Positions 9,616-20,066 of a stretch of DNA of 64,000 nucleotides are shown here, piece after piece. Made by a program: the position numbers and the translations under genes. The notes under the pieces were generated by a model. It was not told the origin of the DNA. It did no database searches and was given only the letters and a program-made list of their open reading frames with translations. Position 1 is the first letter of the stretch. Each line of letters begins with the position of its first letter. Source of the stretch: Candidatus Binatia bacterium (lineage in GTDB: Bacteria; Desulfobacterota; Binatia; UBA9968; JAJDTQ01); assembly GCA_963666515.2 (NCBI GenBank), contig OY762897.2, positions 2,368,001-2,432,000 on the forward strand, written 5' to 3'.

Positions 9616-10811
9616 CAGATGACTCCCTCCGCGGCCAGCACCCCCATGTCCTCCTCGCTCAAGCCGAGGTCGCCGCCCAGGACCTCGGCGTTGTGCTGGC
9701 CCAGCATGGGCGCGGGCCGCGGCCCCCGGCGCTCGCCGTCCAGCAGGAACGGAACGCCGGGCTGGGCAAAGGAGCCCAGCACCGGGTGCGTGACCGTGCC
9801 GAAGAAGCCCCGCTCGACGATGTGCGGGTCCTCCATGAAGTCCCGCGGCGAGTTCACCGGCAACGCCGGCAGGCCGTGCTTCTGGAGCAGCACGGACAGC
9901 TCCTCCTTGCCGTATTGGGAGGTGAACGACGCCACCATGGGGTTGAGCCAGTCCGCGGCCGCGCGCCGGTTCAGGTTGACCAGCAGCTCCGGGTCATCCA
10001 GCTCCGCCGGGTGCCCCTCCCACATGTCCAGGAAGATGGGCCAGTGCCGCTGGGTGGCGAAGAACGAGATCCAGCCGTCCTTGCACGGGAACAGGTTGGC
10101 CGGGGCGACGTGCTGGTGCTGGCTGCCGGCGCGTTTCATGAGCCGCCCCTCGGACGACCAGGTGAAGGCCACGTGCTCGTGGAGCGCCATGCTGGCCTGC
10201 ACCGAGGCGTCGATGTGCGCCCCCAGGCCCTTGGTCTCGCGCTGCCAGAGCGCCAGCAGGGCGCCCAGGGCGGAGTAGAGACAGGTGTAGACGTAGGACT
10301 GGCCGCCGGGGGGAACGCACGGCGTCATGCTGGGGTCGCCGCTGATGAACAAGAGCCCGCCCATGGCGTTGGCCACCAGGTCCGGCGCCCGGTAGTCGCG
10401 GTAGGGGCCGTCCTGCCCGAAGGCGGAGATGGAAACCAGCACGAGTCTGGGGCGGCGCGCCACCATCTCGCCGTAGCCGATCCCCAGGCCGTCCAGGTAG
10501 CCGGGGTCGTGGCTGTCGATGACCACGTCGGCCTTCTCCACAAGGTCGAGCAGGAGCTTCCGGCCCGTCTCGCGGGACATATCCAGAGTGATGCCGCGCT
10601 TGCCGGAGTTGAAGTAGGCGAACCGGAGGCTGCCCTCGCGGTTGCTGTGTCCCTTGGCGAAGGGCGGCTCGGTGCGGAGGTCGTCCCCCGACGGCGGCTC
10701 GACCTTCACCACGTCCATGCCGAGGTCGGCCAGCACCTTGCCGCAGAAGGCGCCCATTGCGGTGCTGAGGTCCAGCACCCGGAAGCCGGAAAGCAGCGCT
10801 TCTCCGCTCAT
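9615..10811 (-). CDS. CoA-transferase family III (CaiB/BaiF)
   Basis: LSGFRVLDLS, DLGMDVVKVEPP, ISAFGQDGPY, APMLGQHN. Coupled to the downstream paralogue. Confidence 0.92.
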   Translation of the reverse strand: MSGEALLSGFRVLDLSTAMGAFCGKVLADLGMDVVKVEPPSGDDLRTEPPFAKGHSNREGSLRFAYFNSGKRGITLDMSRETGRKLLLDLVEKADVVIDSHDPGYLDGLGIGYGEMVARRPRLVLVSISAFGQDGPYRDYRAPDLVANAMGGLLFISGDPSMTPCVPPGGQSYVYTCLYSALGALLALWQRETKGLGAHIDASVQASMALHEHVAFTWSSEGRLMKRAGSQHQHVAPANLFPCKDGWISFFATQRHWPIFLDMWEGHPAELDDPELLVNLNRRAAADWLNPMVASFTSQYGKEELSVLLQKHGLPALPVNSPRDFMEDPHIVERGFFGTVTHPVLGSFAQPGVPFLLDGERRGPRPAPMLGQHNAEVLGGDLGLSEEDMGVLAAEGVI

Positions 10812-10872
10812 CGCCGGGCCCCCCTGCCCCTCAACGCTTGCGACTCCCGGCTCGTTATCGGCGCCTCTCCGC

Positions 10873-12042
10873 TCATTGGCCCTTGGCGCGGGCGCGCAGC
10901 AGGTTCTGGGCCATGCGCCAGCGCAGCACCTCGGTGGCGCCCTCGGTGATGCGGATGCTGCGCAACTGCCGGTACCACCACTCCAGCGGCAGCTCCTTGG
11001 TAAGGCCGATGCCGCCGTGGACCTGGATGGAGCGGTCCACCACCCGGCTGGCCATCTCCGTGCACACGCACTTGACCATGTAGCCCATGTTGCGGATGTC
11101 CTCGCCGCGGTCGTGGCGCCAGGCGCATTCGTAGACCAGGTTGCGCGCCATGTGCAGCTCCATCACCGAGTCGGCGATCATGAACTGGACGGCCTGCCGT
11201 TCCGCCAGCGGCTGCCCGAAGGTGGTGCGGATCTGCGAGTAGTCCATCATCATGTCGAGGGCGCGCTCGGCGATGCCGACGCAACGCGCTCCGTGGCCCT
11301 TGATGCGCCCCTCCTGGAGCCAGCCCTGGGCCAGCCGGAAGCCCTGCCCCACCTCGCCGGCGACGTTGCCCGCGGGGATGCGGGCGTTCTCGAAGAGGAT
11401 CTGGAACGGCGCGTCGCCCATCATGGTGGGCCAGCGGCGCTCGATGGTCACGCCCGGCGTGTCCATGTCCACCAGGAAGCAGGTGATGCCGCCCCGCGCG
11501 CGCTTCTCGGGATCGGTCACCGCCATGACCTGGGCGAAGTCGGAGAAACCGGCGTTGCTGATGAAGCGCTTGGTGCCGTTCAGCACCCAGTGGTCGCCGT
11601 CCAGCACCGCGCGGGTCTTCATGCCCGCGGGGTCGCCGCCGGCGTCGGGCTCGGTCTGGGCGAAACACGCGGTCTTCTCGCCGCGGATCACCGGGTAGAG
11701 GTAGCGCTCCTTCTGCTCGTCGTTCAACTCGAACAGGATGCCGCGCGCCTCCGGGCCGAAGACCGGGTTGTTGCGGAAAGGGATGGAGATGGTGCGGGAG
11801 ACCTCCTCCTGGATCACGCAGCGCGTCAGCAGGTCGAGGCCGGCGCCGCCGTACTCCTCGGGGATGTCGAGCATCCAGAACCCCAGGGCCTTGGCCTTCT
11901 CCTGGAGCGGCTTGTACAGCTCCTCGGGCATCTCCTCGCCCTCCGGGCGAAACTCCCGCTCCAGCGGGATCAGCTCCCGCTCCACGAAGTCGCGCATGGT
12001 GTTCTTGATGATCTTGATCTCTTCGGGAAGCTCGAAATCCAT
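10873..12042 (-). CDS. Acyl-CoA dehydrogenase
   Basis: MDFELPEE, FAQTEPDAGGD, LNGTKRFIS, QVHGGIG, ITEGATEV. Confidence 0.93.
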   Translation of the reverse strand: MDFELPEEIKIIKNTMRDFVERELIPLEREFRPEGEEMPEELYKPLQEKAKALGFWMLDIPEEYGGAGLDLLTRCVIQEEVSRTISIPFRNNPVFGPEARGILFELNDEQKERYLYPVIRGEKTACFAQTEPDAGGDPAGMKTRAVLDGDHWVLNGTKRFISNAGFSDFAQVMAVTDPEKRARGGITCFLVDMDTPGVTIERRWPTMMGDAPFQILFENARIPAGNVAGEVGQGFRLAQGWLQEGRIKGHGARCVGIAERALDMMMDYSQIRTTFGQPLAERQAVQFMIADSVMELHMARNLVYECAWRHDRGEDIRNMGYMVKCVCTEMASRVVDRSIQVHGGIGLTKELPLEWWYRQLRSIRITEGATEVLRWRMAQNLLRARAKGQ

Positions 12043-12193
12043 TCTTTCCTCCTTCTCCAGCGTCGGTCCGGTTGACGGATGGCTCGTAACATAAGCCCGC
12101 GACCGGACGGAGGTCAAGCCGGGACCAGGGCTCGCCCGTTCACCCGGCCCGCGCCCCCGTGTGCGCCCGCGGCGATGCCGCCCGACGCCGTAT

Positions 12194-12222
12194 TTGACAA
12201 CCGCACGGCCAGTGTCTATGTT
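12194..12222 (+). promoter_or_regulatory. Sigma70-type promoter of the fmdB-like gene
   Basis: TTGACA-17 bp-TATGTT, 30 nt upstream of ATG 12253. Confidence 0.6.
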
Positions 12223-12252
12223 TCCGATAACCCACCCGCGCGAGGCCAGCGT

Positions 12253-12555
12253 ATGCCCATCTACGAGTACAACTGTTCGGAATGCGGCGTGTTCGAAGTG
12301 ACCCAGAGGATCACCGAAGATCCGCTGGACACGTGTCCCACCTGTGAAGGAGAGGTTCGGAAGCTCATCTCGAACACGTCCTTTCAACTCAAAGGCACCG
12401 GTTGGTACATCACCGACTACGGACGGGGCAAGGGCGCCGACGGCGAGAAGCAGGACACTAACGGCGGAAAGGATTCGACGGACTCCGGGAAGTCCAAGGA
12501 GAGCAAGACCTCCGAGAAGTCATCCTCCGGTGACGGCGCCGCCAGCACCGCCTAG
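12253..12555 (+). CDS. FmdB family zinc-ribbon protein
   Basis: [12 protein letters not shown]...CPTC...[13 protein letters not shown]. Confidence 0.9.
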   Translation: MPIYEYNCSECGVFEVTQRITEDPLDTCPTCEGEVRKLISNTSFQLKGTGWYITDYGRGKGADGEKQDTNGGKDSTDSGKSKESKTSEKSSSGDGAASTA

Positions 12556-12669
12556 GAGCCCGTCTCAAGCCCGCTCCTCCCCGGATCGTCCGCCGCGCTC
12601 CGCGCAGTCCGGAGGCGCGGCCATCCAACCGAAACGACCGCCCTCCCGGGTCTCCACGACAGGTATCCG

Positions 12670-13473
12670 ATGAAGACGAAACCACTCGGCCGCACTCAGA
12701 TCCAGGTGCCCGAGATCGGCCTGGGCGTCTGGCAATACCGGGGCGGCGTCGAGCCCCTCCGGCACGGCATCGAGCTGGGCGCCAACCTGATCGACACCGC
12801 GGAGATGTACCGGACCGAGGACGTGGTGGGCGAGGCGGTGAAGGGCATGCGCGAGCGGGTGTTCATCGCCAGCAAGGTGTCCGGCGACCACCTGGGATAC
12901 GACCAGGTGCTCCGGGCCGCGGACGCCAGCCTTCGCCGCCTGGACGTGGACGCCATCGACCTCTACCAGGTCCACTGGCCGAGCCGAAGCACTCCCATCG
13001 AGGAGACCATGCGGGCCATGGGGACCCTGGTGGATACCGGCCGCGTCCGTTTCATCGGCGTCAGCAACTTTTCCGCCGACGAGCTGGCGGAGGCCCAGGC
13101 CGCCCTGAGCCACCACCCCATCGTGTCGAACCAGGTCCTGTACAACCTCCGGCGGCGGGAGATCGAGCGGACGCTGATGCCCTACTGCCGGCGCCACGGC
13201 GTCACCATCATCGCCTACACGCCGCTGGACAGCGGCAGGCTGGCGGCAGGCCGCGGCCTGTTCTCGGCGCGGGGCACGAAGGTGCTCCAGGAGATCGCCG
13301 AAGCGAACCGGAAGACGGCCGCTCAGGTGGCGCTGAACTGGTGCATCTCCCACGAGGAGGTCATCGCCATCCCGAAGTCCGACAGCGTCTCCCGGACCGC
13401 GGAAAACTGCGGCGCCTCCGACTGGCGCCTGTCCGCCGAAGACGTGGCCCGCCTGGACCGGGCCTTCGCCTGA
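12670..13473 (+). CDS. Aldo/keto reductase
   Basis: IGLGVW, IDTAEMY, IDLYQVHWP, IGVSNF, IPKS. Confidence 0.93.
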   Translation: MKTKPLGRTQIQVPEIGLGVWQYRGGVEPLRHGIELGANLIDTAEMYRTEDVVGEAVKGMRERVFIASKVSGDHLGYDQVLRAADASLRRLDVDAIDLYQVHWPSRSTPIEETMRAMGTLVDTGRVRFIGVSNFSADELAEAQAALSHHPIVSNQVLYNLRRREIERTLMPYCRRHGVTIIAYTPLDSGRLAAGRGLFSARGTKVLQEIAEANRKTAAQVALNWCISHEEVIAIPKSDSVSRTAENCGASDWRLSAEDVARLDRAFA

Positions 13474-13532
13474 CCGCGTCACGCGGCAACGGGCGGAGGC
13501 TTCCGGCGCGCCGCCTGGAATCGAGGCAACCG

Positions 13533-14909
13533 ATGGATTTTCCCGCGCTGACCCGCACCGGAGCCTTGGCGTTCTTCTCCGAGTACGGGAAGACGATCCA
13601 CAACCCGCAGGGCATCCTGTACTGGACCCGCAAGGCCAGGGCCAGGGCGCGCATCAACGCCACCATCGGCTCGGCCCGGGGGCCGGAAAGCGCCGTGTAC
13701 CCCGGCGGCGGCGAGCGCGAGATCACGCTTTGCGCGCCGCTGATCCACTCCTTCTTCAACGGGCTGGACACCGAGGAGATCTTCCCGTACACGCCGGAAA
13801 CCGGCACCCCTGCCTTCCGCTCGGCGTGGCGGAAGTGGATACTGTCACGCGCGGGCGACGAGTCCGAACGTCTCGAACGGCAACTGCATCAGCCTGTCCT
13901 CACTCCCGGCATCACCGCCGCCATCAGCATCGCCGCGCGGATGTTCGTGGACCCGGGCCGCTCCATCATCACGGCCGACCGGCGCTGGGAGAACTACGAC
14001 CACGTGCTCGGACAGAACCTCGGCATACGCATCGCCGGCTTCCCGCTGTACGATGACGGCGACCTGAACGTGGCCGGCCTCGTCTCGGCCGTCCAAAGGG
14101 TATGGCTCGAACAGGACACCGCGGTGGTGCTGCTGAACTTCCCCAACAACCCCACCGGCTTCTGCCCGTCCGCCGCGGCCGGACCGCGGCTGGCGGAATC
14201 GCTGGAGCGACTCGCGGAGGGGACCGCGAAGCGGCTGGTGCTGCTGTTCGACGACGCCTACGAAAGCTACGTCTACGACCCCGACGCCATGCAGTCGTCG
14301 CTGTTCTACCTGTGCCGGCCGCGGCCCAACCTCTTGCCGGTGAAGCTGGACGGCGTCACCAAGGAGCTGCTCTGGTACGGCGCGCGCGCCGGCGCCATCA
14401 CGCCGGCCTTTCCCGACGAGTGGCTTTCCGGCGAAGACGCGGAAGCCGTGGCCGCGGAGATCGACAACAAGTTCGCCGGCGTCAACCGCGGCCTGTTCTC
14501 CAACAACTCGACGGTGACCCAGGCGGTGGCCACCCGGGCCATGGAGCAGATGGAGCGGCTGGTGGTGGAGCGGCAGCGGACCTTCGATCTCCTGAGACGG
14601 CGGTACGAAACCCTGAAGGACGAGCTGGGGCAGATGGACACGGACCTGGTGACCGTGGAGCCGTTCCAGGGCGGCTTCTTCTGCTTCATCACCCTGAGAC
14701 CCGAGTCGGGGCTCCGGGCCACGGACGTCGCCGATCACCTGCTCGACGAGCACGGCATCGGCACCGTTCCGTTCGACACCGACAGCATGAACGGGCTGCG
14801 GATCGCGTTCTGCAGCGTCGACAGCGCCGACCTGCCGGAGCTGTGCCGGAGACTGGCCCAGACCGTGAACGAGTTGGCGGATAGGAGGCAGGCTCATGGG
14901 CAGGCTTGA
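13533..14909 (+). CDS. Aminotransferase class I/II (PLP)
   Basis: LNFPNNPTG, FDDAY, KLDGVTKE...GAR, LRIAF. Confidence 0.88.
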   Translation: MDFPALTRTGALAFFSEYGKTIHNPQGILYWTRKARARARINATIGSARGPESAVYPGGGEREITLCAPLIHSFFNGLDTEEIFPYTPETGTPAFRSAWRKWILSRAGDESERLERQLHQPVLTPGITAAISIAARMFVDPGRSIITADRRWENYDHVLGQNLGIRIAGFPLYDDGDLNVAGLVSAVQRVWLEQDTAVVLLNFPNNPTGFCPSAAAGPRLAESLERLAEGTAKRLVLLFDDAYESYVYDPDAMQSSLFYLCRPRPNLLPVKLDGVTKELLWYGARAGAITPAFPDEWLSGEDAEAVAAEIDNKFAGVNRGLFSNNSTVTQAVATRAMEQMERLVVERQRTFDLLRRRYETLKDELGQMDTDLVTVEPFQGGFFCFITLRPESGLRATDVADHLLDEHGIGTVPFDTDSMNGLRIAFCSVDSADLPELCRRLAQTVNELADRRQAHGQA

Positions 14910-15627
14910 GGGAAGGGTCGCCATCGTCACCGGCGCCAGCCGCGGCATCGGCCGGGCGGTGGCGCTGGCCTTCGCCCGGGAGGGCGCCACCCTGGCCATT
15001 ACCGGCGTCCGGGACCAGGCCGCCCTGGACTCGGTCCGGAACGAGCTTTCGGCCCTGGGAACCGAATGCATGGCGCGGATGGTGGACGTGGGCCGGCGGC
15101 CGGAGTTGGACGCGCTGGCGCGGGAGGTGGAGGAACGCTGGGGCCGCATCGACGTCCTCGTAAACAACGCCGGGGTCCTCACCCTCAAGCGGTTCGAGGA
15201 CATCACCGAGGAGCAGTGGGACGAGACCATCCGGGTCCATCTCAAGGGCACCTTCAACGGCATGCAGGCCGTGCTGCCCGTCATGAAGCGGCAACGGTCC
15301 GGCAAGATCATCAACCTCACGGGCCCGGCGGCGCTGCGGCCGTCCAACGGCGTATCCGACTACGCCAGCGCCAAGGGCGGCATCATCACGCTGACCTTCA
15401 ACGTCGCCAACGAGATGAAGCCCCACAACATCCAGATCAACTGCATCTCGCCGATAGCCGACACGCGCATGACCGACGCCATCGCCGAGTTCCGTGAACA
15501 CGAGGGGATTCCCGACAACCGGCCCAACCCGGCCCCCGCCGAGACCGTAGCGCCGGCGTTCGTCTTCTTCGCGTCCAGCGACAGCGACTACATCACCGGC
15601 GAGGTGCTCGGGTTCCACCGCAAGTGA
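14896..15627 (+). CDS. SDR family oxidoreductase (FabG-like)
   Basis: VTGASRGIG, VNNAG, YASAK. Confidence 0.92.
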   Translation: MGRLEGRVAIVTGASRGIGRAVALAFAREGATLAITGVRDQAALDSVRNELSALGTECMARMVDVGRRPELDALAREVEERWGRIDVLVNNAGVLTLKRFEDITEEQWDETIRVHLKGTFNGMQAVLPVMKRQRSGKIINLTGPAALRPSNGVSDYASAKGGIITLTFNVANEMKPHNIQINCISPIADTRMTDAIAEFREHEGIPDNRPNPAPAETVAPAFVFFASSDSDYITGEVLGFHRK

Positions 15628-15712
15628 GCCCGGCGGCCTCCGGCGCGGCAATCGCGGGTCACGGATGCCGGACCCGTGACCGCCGACACAGGACAGGAAA
15701 CGAGGTGAACCC

Positions 15713-16702
15713 ATGCTCCGAAAATCAGCCGCGGCCTGGCTGGCCGCCATCATGCTGACCGCTTTGGCGGCGGCCACGGCCGCGGCCCCGCCCCTTGGCT
15801 TCCAGGCGGTGCCGCGGGACGCGTTCCCGGTGTTCGACGACCCCAGGATGCTGAGCGCCGCGGAAGCGGAAGAGAAACAGTTCGTCTTCGACCGGGACGT
15901 GATCATCGGCGTGGCCCACAACGGCGAGGCCAAGGCCTATCCGGTCACCATCATGGGCGTCCACGAGCTGGGCAACGACTCCATCGGAGGGGCGCCCATC
16001 GCGGTATCCTGGTGACCCCTGTGCCAGACGTCTATCGTGTATAGACGCACACTGGGCGACAGGGTGCTGAGCTTCGGGCACGCGGGCATTCTCTACGAGC
16101 AGTCGTTCGTCATGTACGACCGGGAAACCGGCTCGCTGTGGGTCCACGTCACGGGCGAGGCCGCGCACGGACCCCTCAAGGGCAAGCGCCTCGAATTCAT
16201 GCCGTCCACGGTGACCACCTGGGCCAACTGGAAGAAGAGCTATCCCCATACCACGGTGCTGCCGGGCTATCGCCGGGGCGGGTTCATGGGAACCTACGTC
16301 GGCCCCTTCCAGAGCGACATCCTCGGGCTTGCGGTGGTGGTGAAGCTCAAGGCCAAGCTCTACCCCTACGGAGTGCTCGCGCGGCAGAACCTGGTCAACG
16401 ACGAGTTCAACGGGGCCAAGGTGGTGGTGTACTATTCGCCGGCCGACGCCACCGGCACCGCCTGGCGCCGGGAGCTGGACGGACGGGTGCTGACGTTCGT
16501 GCAATCGGACCGCAAGGACGCCGGCGGCAACGCGCTGCTGCGCGACGAGGAGACCGGAAGCCTGTGGTCGTGGCTGCGCGGGGAAGCCGTGGCGGGGCCG
16601 CTCAAGGGACGGAAGCTCCGGCAACTGCTCTACAACCCCATCCTGAACGACCGCTTCGCCGCCTTCTATCCGGGCGCGCCCGTGTTCGAGACCGCGAACT
16701 AG
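15713..16702 (+). CDS. Exported DUF3179 family protein, probable selenoprotein (UGA 16013-16015 = Sec, UPLC motif)
   Basis: ORFs 15713-16015 and 16037-16702 are in the same frame. Readthrough gives IAVSW-U-PLCQTS, matching the family CPLC motif. N-terminal signal peptide; KAYP and MYDRETGSLW motifs. Confidence 0.85.
16024..16055 (+). promoter_or_regulatory. Bacterial SECIS-like stem-loop
   Basis: CCAG-A-CGTCTAT-[CGTGT]-ATAGACG-CACA-CTGG starts 8 nt after the UGA: 7-bp upper stem, G-containing apical loop, lower CCAG/CTGG stem. Confidence 0.75.
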
Positions 16703-16781
16703 TCTGCGGGACGAAATCGTTATATACCTTACGGAAAGCACATCCCTTCGACCACAGGGGACGAAAGGCATTCCGGGACCG

Positions 16782-17831
16782 GTGAGCGCGACTGGCGACT
16801 ATATCCGTGAAGCGCGGGAGCACAAGGGGCTGACGCTGGGGCAGGTGGCAGAGGCGACGCGCATCCCGCGCTACTACCTAGAGATCCTCGAAGGCGGCGG
16901 CGACGACCGCCTGGTTTCGGACCGTCTCTACATGGTCCACTTCCTCCGCACCTATGCCGCTTTCCTGGAGGTCGAGGAGGATGCCCTTGCGGCCCAGTTC
17001 GTTCGCGAGAACCGGCAACCGGAACCCGAGACGATCGTCCCTGTAAAACAACGCCGGTCATGGAAGGCTGCGGCCGCGGCTACGCTGACCGTGCTGCTGG
17101 CCATCGGGGTCGGCGCGTATCTCTACGACCCGGCGCTCGTCGGCATGGTCGGCGCGCCGGTGCAGCGCCTCGTGATGACGACCACTCCCGCACCGGTTCC
17201 GCCGGAAACGCCGGCACGACAGCCGTCGCCGGTCCCGGCCGCCCCGCCCCGGGTCGAAGATGCCGAAAGCTCCGTCTTGCAGCCCGAGGCCAACGAAACG
17301 GATCCATCCCAACCCAGGCTGGTGGCCGACCCTCCGGCGCCTCCGCCCGAGCCGCTGCCGGCGACCGCGCCGGACGCTCCGGTGTCACGAGACGGCCCTG
17401 CGTCCCCCACTGCCCGGAACGTTGCGGCGTTGCAAAACGGCGAAACCGCGGCGGGGAACCCGGCCGCGGGCGAACCTCGGCCGCGGCAGGACCCGGCGAC
17501 GGTGACCGGCGCCGCGGACACGCCGCCGGCACCCGAGGCGGCCGCGCTGTCCGGGCAGACGGACGCCTCCGTCACGGAAGCATCGGCAAACCACAGCCTT
17601 ACCATCTTCGCCGAGCAGAAGTCGTGGCTGAGGGTCTGGGTCGACGGCGAGCCGTACAAGGACATGCTCCTGTCCCCCGGAACGACGAGAACGCTGTCCG
17701 CGCAAACTCACTTCATCATCACTTTCGGCAACGCCGGGGGAGTGCGTCTTACCTTGAACGGGGAAGAGCTTCCCCCCGCGGGAACATCGGGACAGGTGGT
17801 CCGCGGCTTCAAGCTCCCTCCTGACCCATAG
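16782..17831 (+). CDS. rodZ: RodZ-like protein (HTH, TM, Pro/Ala linker, DUF4115)
   Basis: N-terminal XRE HTH (FLRTYAAFL), one TM helix, C-terminal SWLRVWVDG...[12 protein letters not shown]. Confidence 0.8.
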   Translation: MSATGDYIREAREHKGLTLGQVAEATRIPRYYLEILEGGGDDRLVSDRLYMVHFLRTYAAFLEVEEDALAAQFVRENRQPEPETIVPVKQRRSWKAAAAATLTVLLAIGVGAYLYDPALVGMVGAPVQRLVMTTTPAPVPPETPARQPSPVPAAPPRVEDAESSVLQPEANETDPSQPRLVADPPAPPPEPLPATAPDAPVSRDGPASPTARNVAALQNGETAAGNPAAGEPRPRQDPATVTGAADTPPAPEAAALSGQTDASVTEASANHSLTIFAEQKSWLRVWVDGEPYKDMLLSPGTTRTLSAQTHFIITFGNAGGVRLTLNGEELPPAGTSGQVVRGFKLPPDP

Positions 17832-17841
17832 ACGGACGAAC

Positions 17842-18867
17842 ATGATCGACCTGCGTTCCGACACCGTTACCACACCGACGCCGGAGATGCTCCGGGCCAT
17901 GACCGCGGCCGAAGTGGGCGACGACGTCTACGGCGAAGACCCCAGCATCAACCGCCTGGAGGAAGAGGTGGCCGGGCTCCTGGGCAAGGAAGCCGCGGTC
18001 TTCACGCCCTCCGGGTCCATGGCCAACCAGATCGCGCTCCTGCTCCACACCAGGCCCGGCGACTCGGTGCTGTGCGAGGAAGGCTCCCATTCCTTCGCCT
18101 ACGAAGCCGGCGCCGGCGCCGCCCTCTCGGGCGTGCAGTTCGACCTCATCCCGTTCAGCGAGAAGTTGTCCGACGAAGCCATCCGGGGCAGGTTCCGGGC
18201 CGACGGACTCCATGAATCGCCGTCCACCCTGATCCTGGTGGAGAACACCCACAACCGCGGGCGCGGGCGCGCGCTGCCGGTGCGGGAGACCCGACGGATC
18301 GTCGCCACCGCCCACGGTCTCGGGCTCAAGGCGCACTGCGACGGCGCCAGGCTCTGGAACGCCGCGGCCGCCACCGGCGACTCCGAGCGCGAGCTTGCCG
18401 CCGGCTTCGACACGGTGTCCGTCTGCTTCTCGAAGGGGCTGGGGGCGCCGGTGGGCTCCGCCCTGGCCGGCGGCCGGGACGATGTCGCGCGGGCGCGCAA
18501 GCTCCGCAAGCGCCTGGGCGGCGGCATGCGCCAGGCGGGGTTCCTCGCCGCCGCGGCGCTCCATGCCGTGCGGCAGCACCGCGGGCGCCTCCCGGAGGAC
18601 CACCGGCGCGCCGTCACGCTGGCCGAGGGACTGAAGGAACTCGTCCAGGACGGGCGTCCGCTGGAGGTCGACGTCCCGGACCCGACCACCAACATGGTCT
18701 ATTGGCGCGTGACCGACGGCCAGGAGACGGTGGAACGGTTGCGGCGCAAGGGCGTGCTGATGAACCACGTGGGAAACGGCTGGATCCGCGCGGTCACCCA
18801 TCTCCAGATCTCCGACGCGGACATCCACGACGCGGTGCTCCGAATCCGCGAAGCGCTGTTGGAATAG
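17842..18867 (+). CDS. ltaE: Low-specificity L-threonine aldolase
   Basis: [43 protein letters not shown]. Confidence 0.93.
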   Translation: MIDLRSDTVTTPTPEMLRAMTAAEVGDDVYGEDPSINRLEEEVAGLLGKEAAVFTPSGSMANQIALLLHTRPGDSVLCEEGSHSFAYEAGAGAALSGVQFDLIPFSEKLSDEAIRGRFRADGLHESPSTLILVENTHNRGRGRALPVRETRRIVATAHGLGLKAHCDGARLWNAAAATGDSERELAAGFDTVSVCFSKGLGAPVGSALAGGRDDVARARKLRKRLGGGMRQAGFLAAAALHAVRQHRGRLPEDHRRAVTLAEGLKELVQDGRPLEVDVPDPTTNMVYWRVTDGQETVERLRRKGVLMNHVGNGWIRAVTHLQISDADIHDAVLRIREALLE

Positions 18868-18911
18868 AGGCCAGGAGACCCCAGCGCCAACCCCGTTCTC
18901 TGGACCCGGAC

Positions 18912-20066
18912 ATGCGACCCGAAGACGCGCGATACGTCATCATAGGCGCCGGTTTCGCCGGCGCCGCCACCGCCTGCCACCTGGCCTTCCGGGGCGCGCG
19001 GCAGATGGTGATCCTGGAACAGGAAGCCGTGGCCGGGTTCCACTCGTCGGGCCGCAACGCGGGTTTCATAAGGCAGGTGCTGTCCGAGCCCTCGGTAGCG
19101 GACCTGGCGGCGAAGTCCGCCGAGTTCATCCGCAACCCGCCGCAGGGCTGGCCCGTGCCGGTCTCGTACGACGCCATCGGGTGCCTGATCCTCGGCCGCG
19201 GCGCGCAGTGGGAGGCGTTGTGCCGGGATACGGAGCTGGCGCGAGAGCGCGGCCTCGCGGTCGAGTTGTGGTCGCCCGAACGGACCGTGGCAGCCATGCC
19301 GCTCATCGAAGGCGGCAGCCTCGACGGCGCCGTATGGTGCGCCTCGGACGGCGTCATCGACATCAACGCCCTCTTGTCGGGGTATCTCAAGACGGCACAG
19401 AACGGCGGCGCCGTGATCCGTTACGGCGAGACCGTGCGCGAGGTGCAGGTGCGCGGCGGACGCACGCGGGGAGTCGCCACGGAACAGGGCTTCTTCGAGG
19501 CCGACGTGGTGGTGAACGCGGCCGGACCGTGGGCCGGACCGGTCGGGACCATGGCCGGAGCGGCGCCCGTCGCGTTCTACCCGCGGCGGCGGCACCTGTT
19601 CGTGACTCCGCCGCTCGACTGGGTCAAGCCCGACTGGCCCTTCATCCTCAACGTCTCGGACGAAGTCTACTTCCAACCCAGCTCCGGCGGACTCATGCTG
19701 TGCCCGTGCGACGAGGAGGATCTGCCGCCCTGCGACCCGCCGACGGACGTGCGCGCCATGGAGCTTCTGGCCGAGAGGCTGGCGGCGGCCTACCCCGCCT
19801 TCCCCGACGTCTCCATCGCCCGTTACTGGGCCGGCCTGCGGACGTTCACGGACGACAACCGCTTCGTCATCGGCTGGGACCCCGAGGTGGAGGGATTCTT
19901 CTGGGTGGCGGGCCTCGCCGGCCACGGCGTCACCACCAGCGCCGCGGTGGGCTCTCTGGCCGCCGGCCTTCTCTTCGGCGCAGACCCGGACCCGAACTTC
20001 TCGCCCGCGCGTTTCGGTTCGACTACGAACCCAGGAGGCCGTGGCGGTCCAGGAACTCGCGCATGA
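18912..20066 (+). CDS. FAD-dependent oxidoreductase (DAO/sarcosine oxidase beta family)
   Basis: IIGAGFAG, SSGRNAG, VNAAGPWA, WAGLR, GLAGHG. Confidence 0.9.
   Translation: MRPEDARYVIIGAGFAGAATACHLAFRGARQMVILEQEAVAGFHSSGRNAGFIRQVLSEPSVADLAAKSAEFIRNPPQGWPVPVSYDAIGCLILGRGAQWEALCRDTELARERGLAVELWSPERTVAAMPLIEGGSLDGAVWCASDGVIDINALLSGYLKTAQNGGAVIRYGETVREVQVRGGRTRGVATEQGFFEADVVVNAAGPWAGPVGTMAGAAPVAFYPRRRHLFVTPPLDWVKPDWPFILNVSDEVYFQPSSGGLMLCPCDEEDLPPCDPPTDVRAMELLAERLAAAYPAFPDVSIARYWAGLRTFTDDNRFVIGWDPEVEGFFWVAGLAGHGVTTSAAVGSLAAGLLFGADPDPNFSPARFGSTTNPGGRGGPGTRA

Noticed and set aside
16703-16781. GGGACGAAA twice upstream of rodZ, possible c-di-GMP riboswitch
   Set aside because: Lacks the GEMM P1/P2 architecture; more likely a simple promoter region.
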